A stretch of 64,000 bases of DNA from the NCBI GenBank assembly GCA_046294625.1, contig JBKBKN010000002.1, positions 24,250 to 88,249 of the forward strand. The letters run 5' to 3'. The notes under the pieces are model-generated. The model saw nothing but the letters and a program-made list of their open reading frames with translations, did not search any database and was not told the DNA's origin. Position 1 is the stretch's first letter; the number at the start of each line of letters is the position of its first letter. This document shows, piece by piece, positions 57,469-64,000 of this stretch. The stretch comes from Flavobacteriales bacterium. Its GTDB lineage: Bacteria > Bacteroidota > Bacteroidia > M30B66. The translations under genes were made by a program, and so were the position numbers.

Positions 57469-58479
57469 TTAAATCGTAGCCCAAATAACCGTCATAGAAA
57501 TGACACCACTAAGAATAATGAGCTTACAAATCAAACTCATTTTGCTGAAATCGGATTTTTGTTGCGCATTATTGGCCAAAAAAAACAAATAAACCAGGGG
57601 GATTTGAACAAAAACAAGTAGATAGTAAAATAAAACCTTTAACTTGTAGGTATCTAACAGCATTTGCTGCACAAAACCAAGAAGAATAACTGAAATTCCA
57701 ATAAGAGCCATTAAAATAAACCTTGTATTTCTCAACCCGACAGAAATCGGTAATGTGCGCATACCTGCTTGATAGTCTCCCTTGGTGTCTTCGCTGTCTT
57801 TGATAATTTCTCTAATCATATTCATCAGGAATGCAAAAATGGCATAACCCATCACAAACAGGGCAATAATCATCATCATCCGCGAACCTGCACCAGATTC
57901 TACTCCATTAATGAGCTGCACCAACGATAGACCACCAAAACTAAATTCATATAAAACCACCGTGAGTGGAACCAGTGCTGCCAACCCTGCAATGATAATA
58001 TTGCCCACCAACATTTGTCTTTTGAAATGGGTGGAGTAAAACCATAATGAAACAATGCTGAAAAGCTGGATGAAAATCAACTGATACTTGCCGCTTTTGA
58101 AGCATAAATACCCTGCTAGTAGAACTGCTATGCTGTTTAGCACAATATGCATACCCATAGCAGCTCTGCGTTTGATGGTTTTCCCTACAATCAATCGATC
58201 TGGTTTGTTAATCCGATCTGGTTTAGTATCAAAATAATCATTAATTACATAGCCCGCGGCTGCTATAAAAACTGTTGATATAACCAGCAGCACAAAGTCA
58301 AAATGACTCATGAGCAACTGTGGCTGAATAAAGTAAATGTTGTTTAATCTAAGGGTTACGTTTACTTTTTCTAAAATGGGCTCAATGATACCATAGCGAA
58401 TAAAAATCTGGGTAAGTGCAATAATGACCAAATTCAATACCCTGAATAAACGAAACAACTCTAGAAACAAGTTTGCCAT
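57469..58479 (-). CDS. UbiA-family prenyltransferase with archaeal DGGGPS-like motifs (digeranylgeranylglyceryl phosphate synthase-like).
   Basis: First Asp-rich motif NDYFDTKPDRINKPDR (NDxxDxxxDRINKP), second motif IKDSEDTKGD; 8-9 predicted TM segments. Start chosen at the ATG at 58479 (MANLFLELFRLFRVLNLVI, typical UbiA N-terminus). An ATG 32 codons upstream (58575) is possible. Confidence 0.75.
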   Translation of the reverse strand: MANLFLELFRLFRVLNLVIIALTQIFIRYGIIEPILEKVNVTLRLNNIYFIQPQLLMSHFDFVLLVISTVFIAAAGYVINDYFDTKPDRINKPDRLIVGKTIKRRAAMGMHIVLNSIAVLLAGYLCFKSGKYQLIFIQLFSIVSLWFYSTHFKRQMLVGNIIIAGLAALVPLTVVLYEFSFGGLSLVQLINGVESGAGSRMMMIIALFVMGYAIFAFLMNMIREIIKDSEDTKGDYQAGMRTLPISVGLRNTRFILMALIGISVILLGFVQQMLLDTYKLKVLFYYLLVFVQIPLVYLFFLANNAQQKSDFSKMSLICKLIILSGVISMTVIWATI

Positions 58480-58611
58480 GTTGCAAATGTAATTGAAAAT
58501 GAAGATGGAAAAAGAAAGCCTTACCGGATGCAACGAAGCAAACCAATGAGCAAGCATTCCGTATGTCCAGCTCATGAAATGATGTTAACAAATAGATTTG
58601 CGCAGATGGGT

Positions 58612-59682
58612 CTACTTTTTCAAATACAAATCCACAATCACGGGAAGGTGATCACTAAATCCACCCTGATATTTATTGCCATCGTAGGTGCTGAAGGGTT
58701 TTTCGGTTTCCGGTTTGCGTTTACCTTTTTGCAATAAGAAAGGTTCTCGATAAGCTCTAGCCTGATTGAAATGCGTGTAAGTCCTGTCCTTACCGTCTAA
58801 TAAACTACCTGACACAATGAAATGATCTAAAAATCCCCATTGGTTCCTAAAATTATAGGTACCAGCGCCTTCTTTCATTTGCCAACCCATCAGATTGTAT
58901 AGCTGACCCGGTCTGCGCTCCGCCGCTGAGTCAATATTGGCTTGAAGGGTTTCGCGCACACTACGATTGTCGGGATAATCGTTGAAATCGCCCATGATTA
59001 ATATGTGTGACCTTGGCGCCTGTAAAAACAAGGAATCTACTACCCTTCTTAAATTTTGCGCAGCCGTAATCCGCTTAAATTCACTACCTTCTTCTCCACC
59101 CACGCGCGATGACCAATGGTTTACAAACACATGAAGATGTTCACCACTAGGCAATTTCCCTTTGGTATAAAGAATATCTCTTGTGTTGCGCTCACTATTG
59201 GGTGAAGATAACACTACAGGATAAGCGTTGAATTTTTCTGGTTTAAAGGTGCTTTTTCTGTAGAGCAAAGCTACATCTATGCCGCGTGGGTCAGGACTAT
59301 CGAAATGAATGATGAAATAGTCATATTCCTTGAGTTTGGTGCGTTGCAATAAAAAAGTCAGCACTTTTTGATTTTCCACTTCGCAAAGCCCGATGAGATC
59401 GGGTAGCCTGTCCTGTCCCACATGCTCAATCACTTTAGTCAGTTGGTTCAGCTTGTGCGACAAGCGCTCATCTGTCCAATTTTTCTTGCCGTCGGGTAAA
59501 AAGTCATTGTCATTTTTAGTAGGGTCGTCAAGCGTATCGAACAGATTTTCGACATTGTAGAACATCACCCTGAAGAAATCACCTTTAGACGATGTTCGGG
59601 CTTGTGTTATTTTCTTCGAACAGGCATAAATCAGCACAGTTGTGCCTGCAATCAACAAAAAGAGCTTGAGATACTTTTTCAT
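58612..59682 (-). CDS. Endonuclease/exonuclease/phosphatase (EEP) family lipoprotein.
   Basis: MKKYLKLFLLIAGTTVLIYACSKK (lipobox). EEP-fold motifs ...RVMFYNVENLFD..., ...GDFND..., ...SDHLPV.... Confidence 0.75.
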   Translation of the reverse strand: MKKYLKLFLLIAGTTVLIYACSKKITQARTSSKGDFFRVMFYNVENLFDTLDDPTKNDNDFLPDGKKNWTDERLSHKLNQLTKVIEHVGQDRLPDLIGLCEVENQKVLTFLLQRTKLKEYDYFIIHFDSPDPRGIDVALLYRKSTFKPEKFNAYPVVLSSPNSERNTRDILYTKGKLPSGEHLHVFVNHWSSRVGGEEGSEFKRITAAQNLRRVVDSLFLQAPRSHILIMGDFNDYPDNRSVRETLQANIDSAAERRPGQLYNLMGWQMKEGAGTYNFRNQWGFLDHFIVSGSLLDGKDRTYTHFNQARAYREPFLLQKGKRKPETEKPFSTYDGNKYQGGFSDHLPVIVDLYLKK

Positions 59683-60656
59683 TTTTCAGCGTAGTGTAAT
59701 GCAAAATCTTTGGCAAAATAGCTGAGAATGATGTCGGCTCCTGACCTTTTAATGGAAGTTAACACTTCCAGCACTGCTTTTCGTTCATCTATCCAGCCAT
59801 TCATGGCCGATGCTTTGATCATGCTATACTCTCCGCTTACATTGTAGGCCGATATTGGCAAATGCGAATGTTGCTTCAAATCGCTGATGATATCTAAATA
59901 GGCCATGGCTGGCTTTACCATAAGAAAATCAGCCCCTTCCATAACATCTAATTCGGCTTCGCGCAATGCCTCACGACGATTGGCAGGGTGCATTTGATAA
60001 CTTAGCTTGTCGCCAAACTTCGGTGTAGAGGCTAATGCATCACGAAAAGGCCCATAGAAACAGCTAGCATATTTTGCGGTGTAAGCCATGATAGACACTT
60101 CGGTAAAACCATGGTTATCTAACACCCTTCGAATATATGCCACACGTCCGTCCATCATATCGCTCGGACCAACAATATCTGCTCCGGCTTTAGCTTGTGC
60201 CAAGGCCATTTTACCTAGAATCTCCAAAGTTTCGTCGTTAAGAATTTTTCCTTCCCGCACCAACCCATCATGTCCATCGCTGCTGTATGGATCCATGGCC
60301 ACATCGGTCATCAGGCATGCTTCGGGAAAAGCTATTTTTAGCTCACGTAATGCCTGATGATAAAAATTATTGTCGATACAACCATAGCTTGCGGTTTGAT
60401 CTTTCAACTCTTCATCAACCACCGGAAAAATTACGAATTGTTGAAGGCCGGCTTGCATGCATTGCTCAATTTCCTTTTTTATGACCTCCAATCCCATTCT
60501 CGAAATACCCGGCATAGATGCTATGGGTATCTGAGCTTGGGCATCGGGCAATAAAAACAGAGGGTACATTAAATCGTGCACCCCAACATGGGTTTCTTGC
60601 ACCATGGCTCGAATGGCGGCACTCTTTCTGTTTCTTCTTGGACGTTCGGTAATCAT
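59679..60656 (-). CDS. hemB: Porphobilinogen synthase (delta-aminolevulinic acid dehydratase).
   Basis: MITERPRRNRKSAAIRAMVQETH...; active-site lysines in ...MVKPAMAYLD... and ...SGEYSMIKAS...; first ATG at 60656. The track start is a TTG 3 codons upstream. Confidence 0.9.
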   Translation of the reverse strand: MITERPRRNRKSAAIRAMVQETHVGVHDLMYPLFLLPDAQAQIPIASMPGISRMGLEVIKKEIEQCMQAGLQQFVIFPVVDEELKDQTASYGCIDNNFYHQALRELKIAFPEACLMTDVAMDPYSSDGHDGLVREGKILNDETLEILGKMALAQAKAGADIVGPSDMMDGRVAYIRRVLDNHGFTEVSIMAYTAKYASCFYGPFRDALASTPKFGDKLSYQMHPANRREALREAELDVMEGADFLMVKPAMAYLDIISDLKQHSHLPISAYNVSGEYSMIKASAMNGWIDERKAVLEVLTSIKRSGADIILSYFAKDFALHYAEK

Positions 60657-60904
60657 TCGCTTCAAATTTTCGGTGCGAAATTAACTTAAAAAATCCAAGC
60701 GATTTATGCTCACTCCTTCGAATAGTTTACTTTAAGATTTCCATTCTTAACAATGATTCGCTTCTCCATTCATTTGTGTGATATAAGCGCTTCATCTATC
60801 CTCATGCACTTTCGACTTACGAAAATCTACGTTATGCGAAATAGAAATCTGCAGGGTATGGTTGTTTTCATAATGAATAACATCTCCCTTGAAAATCAAT
60901 TGAT

Positions 60905-61570
60905 CTATGTATCCAGCCGGATATGAGTGGCCGGAAGCAATTGATATCCTAAGGCAATATACAGCCTGTTCTGATCAAAAATATTCCTTTGTGCATTGGA
61001 ACCAAACGACGCGAAAGCTTCATCATAACATCTTATGAAAACTGCATCTTTTTGTAACTCTTTTTTGTTCAAGGGCAAAGTCACTGAAAGCATGTAGCGC
61101 ATTCGGTTGGTGTAATTCACTTTATCAATATTTATTGAACCATTTTCATCCACTTTGTAGGTATCTGTGAATCGATGTTCCAATCGGTAGCGATGCGACA
61201 AATAGATTCGTCCAAAATTTTGTTTAAGCAATACGGTTTGCCATATTCTATTTTCGTGATAGGGATTGAGGCAATGTTGTTCGCCATACGGATAAGTGGT
61301 GATAGAACCATAGCCTACCGATACAATCGCATTGTCGCGTAAATGATAATCTACTCCTAATCTTAAAAGAGACTGTTGCCATTTTTCAATCCATTGATTT
61401 CTTCGCCATTGATATTCGGTATGAATACTTATTTTATCCGATATCCGGTGATTGCCAAAATACATATACCAACCATCATGATTCACACTTTCTATTCTTT
61501 GCTGTGCTTCAACTATGTTCAGCTTGACGGACAACAAAATCAATATGATTATCTTAATTGCTCTCATCAT
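60905..61570 (-). CDS. DUF2490-family predicted outer-membrane beta-barrel protein.
   Basis: Signal peptide MMRAIKIIILILLSVKLNIVEAQ, alternating amphipathic beta-strand pattern, 221 aa. Overlaps the SulP gene stop by 4 nt, so it is co-transcribed. Confidence 0.6.
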   Translation of the reverse strand: MMRAIKIIILILLSVKLNIVEAQQRIESVNHDGWYMYFGNHRISDKISIHTEYQWRRNQWIEKWQQSLLRLGVDYHLRDNAIVSVGYGSITTYPYGEQHCLNPYHENRIWQTVLLKQNFGRIYLSHRYRLEHRFTDTYKVDENGSINIDKVNYTNRMRYMLSVTLPLNKKELQKDAVFIRCYDEAFASFGSNAQRNIFDQNRLYIALGYQLLPATHIRLDT

Positions 61571-63156
61571 GCTTTTTTTCTTACTCTGGTGGCCAAAGGG
61601 TGTTTTGACAAGGGCTTATGAAGCTCTAAGCCGACTAAACTTACTTCTTTTTGCTGCTCTTTCATTTCAAAATCATAATGGTGTACGAAATTCATGAAAG
61701 AATGATCGATCAGTTTTGCATTTTTAAAATCCAACACCACCTTGTTATTACTTGAATAGGTAGATAACATTTTTTTAAAGGCAATGAGATTAGAAAATAC
61801 TGCTACACCTTTGATATATATGGTGGTCACTTCGGCGGCATTATCTATAGTGTATTGTGCTTTAAATAAAGATGTTAATGTAGCACCATTGATGAGATGA
61901 AAGATGATTTTTACAGTGATCCCTGCAAATATTCCGAGCAATAAATCTTCGGCTAGTGTAACCACAATCGTAGTGAGAAAGATAAACAGTTGTTCCTTGC
62001 CGATATAATAGGTATGAATGAATTCCCTTGGCGCTGCAAGTCTGTAACCTGCATAAATGAGCATGGCAGCTAAAGCCGAATTAGGAATTAACTCTATGTA
62101 AGGAATCAGAAATATCATAGCCAATAGCAAAAACAAACCATGAAAAAAATTAGACCATTTGCTCTTAGCGCCAAAACCGATGTTGGAAGAGCTGCGCACC
62201 ACTTCTGAAATCATGGGTAGTCCGCCTAGCAGTCCAGCTAGAAAATTACCTGCTCCCTGCCCGATTAAGTCTCCGTTATAATTTGATTGTCTTTTTTCAG
62301 GATCTAAGCTATCCACTGCCTTCACAGTAAGCAGCGATTCCAGCGAGCTCACAAATAAAAACATGAATACATATTTCCAAAAAACAAAAGTGTCAATAGC
62401 AGAGAAATCGGCATTGAAAGTAAGGTTTCCCCAAAAATCACCAATAGATACCAGCGAATAATTGGGTTCTGTTTGCTTAAAATGCCAGAATATGGTCAGC
62501 GGAATCGCCACCAGAAGCACAATCATCGGGGCAGGTACTTTCTTCAGCATTTGAATTTTCAATAAAGGGAAAACAAACATGATGATCAACGAAATAATAC
62601 CTATTGCCGCAATATGCCAATGTGCATGAAGGATAAATTTTGGAATATCCATGAATAGCTCAATAGGTCCTTCCCCCTTATAAATCGTAGGGTCATCGCC
62701 CAACAAAACAGGGATTTGCTTGGCAATGATGATGATGCCTATCGCAGCCAACATGCCATGAACGGCAGAATGTGGAAAAAAATCGCTGAGCGAACCAAAT
62801 TTCAAAAAACCAAATGCAATTTGGATAACAGACATTACCAGCACCACGGCACAAGCCACCTTCCACCCCTGTTCATCACCTCCAAAGTCCATCACTGCCC
62901 CTGCAGCAATGGTTATCAGGCCAGCAGCCGGCCCTTTGATGCTCAATTCCGATACTTTGAAAAAAACGGTAGTCAAGCCACCCACCATTGCAGTTAATAC
63001 CCCCATAGAAGCGGGAAAACCACTGGCTTTCGCTATCCCCAAACTAAGGGGTAAAGCAAGAAGGAAAACTAAAAAACCAGATACCATGTCGTTCTTCCAA
63101 TATTTGCGTAGCATCTGGAGAGCGGTCAATTTTGATGATTGAATATTTTTCTTCAT
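61567..63156 (-). CDS. SulP-family anion transporter (sulfate permease / bicarbonate transporter-like) with C-terminal STAS domain.
   Basis: Polytopic SulP core ...GLLGGLPMISEVVRSSSNIGFGAKSKWSNF... and STAS domain ...VTTIYIKGVAVFSNLIAFKKMLSTYSSNNKVVLDFKNAKLIDHSFMNFV.... Confidence 0.85.
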   Translation of the reverse strand: MKKNIQSSKLTALQMLRKYWKNDMVSGFLVFLLALPLSLGIAKASGFPASMGVLTAMVGGLTTVFFKVSELSIKGPAAGLITIAAGAVMDFGGDEQGWKVACAVVLVMSVIQIAFGFLKFGSLSDFFPHSAVHGMLAAIGIIIIAKQIPVLLGDDPTIYKGEGPIELFMDIPKFILHAHWHIAAIGIISLIIMFVFPLLKIQMLKKVPAPMIVLLVAIPLTIFWHFKQTEPNYSLVSIGDFWGNLTFNADFSAIDTFVFWKYVFMFLFVSSLESLLTVKAVDSLDPEKRQSNYNGDLIGQGAGNFLAGLLGGLPMISEVVRSSSNIGFGAKSKWSNFFHGLFLLLAMIFLIPYIELIPNSALAAMLIYAGYRLAAPREFIHTYYIGKEQLFIFLTTIVVTLAEDLLLGIFAGITVKIIFHLINGATLTSLFKAQYTIDNAAEVTTIYIKGVAVFSNLIAFKKMLSTYSSNNKVVLDFKNAKLIDHSFMNFVHHYDFEMKEQQKEVSLVGLELHKPLSKHPLATRVRKKA

Positions 63157-63183
63157 TTTAATTAATGTTTGATCATAAATTGA

Positions 63184-64000
63184 TTATGCTGATTTTATGG
63201 CGGTAGGATGAGTCGTTTTAATGTGACTCCCCAATAACAAACGGGCATATACGCGTACCAATGCTATTCCCGAAATGATATAAGACGAAGCAAAGAAGAA
63301 AGCCAACAGAAATTGATCTTCATGAATGTGACTGAAAATCAAATCCTCGCCAATAAATGAAGGCGTAATGGGAAATCCCATTAGACCTAAGATGGACAGT
63401 AGAAATAAAAATGCAATAGTTCTGTATTCATGAACATGACCATAGTAGGTATTCAACCCAAAATAAAACGGTTCTTTTCGCTTCATATACTCAAGCAGCC
63501 CAATTGCCAACAGCGCCGATGGTACAATTCCCATCAAATAAACAATCACGTGCTCGCTTCCAAAATGCTCATTAAAAGAAATACCTATGGCCATAAATAG
63601 GTGATTGCTCAGAACCATTGCCACGCTCAAACGGGGATCATTTCTCTCGGCAAATGCTTTCATAACCATCACTAATCCTACGAATGCATACCCTATGGGG
63701 ATAAAATTGATGGTCAGCAGATTCAATTCAATAGCTGATAATTTAATCCACAGACCTACCGCAAAGAGCGGAATGATAAAAACCCCAACGTTACCATAAT
63801 GGATAAATTTGATTTTTCTACCTATAAGCTTAACAGGCCTAAAAATGAGTTTATTCAATAAAGCATCTAGATAAAATTCCTTAATGGCAAGTAAATACAA
63901 GGTTTGGAACACTCTTTTCGATACATCAAATCGTTTATTATGAATGCGTGGTCGATAATGGTAAAACATATCGCGAATCTTATAAGCTACAACCGATGGG
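63184..64000 (-). CDS. Proton-conducting antiporter-type membrane subunit (NuoL/M/N, MnhA, DabB-like; Proton_antipo_M-like), C-terminal part. The 5' end lies beyond the window.
   Basis: ...YRTIAFLFLLSILGLMGFPITPSFIGEDLIFSHI... matches the conserved NuoL/M/N segment (AF..L...G.PP.aGF.sKd.I). The frame remains open upstream of the listed Met to position 64000 (...PSVVAYKIRD-MFYHY...). Confidence 0.6.
   Translation of the reverse strand, partial: PSVVAYKIRDMFYHYRPRIHNKRFDVSKRVFQTLYLLAIKEFYLDALLNKLIFRPVKLIGRKIKFIHYGNVGVFIIPLFAVGLWIKLSAIELNLLTINFIPIGYAFVGLVMVMKAFAERNDPRLSVAMVLSNHLFMAIGISFNEHFGSEHVIVYLMGIVPSALLAIGLLEYMKRKEPFYFGLNTYYGHVHEYRTIAFLFLLSILGLMGFPITPSFIGEDLIFSHIHEDQFLLAFFFASSYIISGIALVRVYARLLLGSHIKTTHPTAIKSA

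Noticed and set aside
61567-64000. Calling the NuoL-like + SulP pair a DAB (DabAB) inorganic-carbon pump.
   Set aside because: No DUF2309 (DabA) gene is present in the window, and the NuoL-like gene is truncated by the window edge. Only adjacency supports the idea, so it is kept as a low-confidence lead rather than a feature call.

Overview
This window is a chromosomal segment from a Bacteroidota-type genome (about 40% GC in the flanking genes; SurA/parvulin chaperone cluster, TonB-dependent receptor with carboxypeptidase-regulatory-like N-domain, TAnnTTTG-type -7 promoter elements). About 40 protein-coding genes were identified; no rRNA, tRNA, CRISPR array, transposase or integrase was seen.

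The dominant feature is missing from the supplied ORF track. Positions 17888 down to the window edge form one uninterrupted minus-strand reading frame (ATG at complement 17886..17888, no stop before position 1). It encodes the first ~5,960 aa of a giant secreted protein. The track presumably omits it because there is no in-window stop codon. The protein has a signal peptide (MHLTIRFVVFSIFVFFSLSIHA/QTT), five tandem right-handed parallel beta-helix super-modules, and three ~97-aa Ig-like repeats. Each module has a conserved ~180-aa head (...YPSITNxGGLF...AEIISDLTAESGxHALNEW...GNYTLTIRP...DGRDP...), many NNxIxxN beta-helix turns, and a tail ending in D[IF]GA[DH]E (choice-of-anchor-Q-like), followed by an Ig-like linker. 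The modules share roughly 75-80% nucleotide identity over hundreds of bp, by eye. A poly(T)9 tract sits in the signal-peptide codons. A secreted NUC-family nuclease with a C-terminal OB-fold lies immediately upstream, co-oriented.

The rest of the window is mostly housekeeping genes:
- alpha-oxoamine synthase (Spt/Cfat/Kbl family)
- PPIase / SurA-like / SurA / MoxR cluster
- hemN, pepP
- a parC - methylmalonyl-CoA mutase large subunit - CxxS thioredoxin-like - methylmalonyl-CoA epimerase operon
- a DtxR/FeoA regulator locus with a lipoprotein and a TonB-dependent receptor, carrying repeated TATTTGCA(AAATA) boxes
- two ABC transporters and sodA
- a cupredoxin lipoprotein
- ftsB-like, methylmalonyl-CoA mutase small subunit, ychF, lysA, a 477-aa conserved hypothetical protein, and a DEAD-box helicase
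- lctP, a LuxR-type response regulator with a degenerate receiver domain, maf, and a UbiA-family prenyltransferase with archaeal DGGGPS-like motifs
- an EEP-family lipoprotein, hemB, and a DUF2490 - SulP/STAS - NuoL-like membrane-subunit cluster that runs off the window end

Several ORF-track starts are alternative (TTG) codons; I trimmed these to the first ATG where homology supported it.
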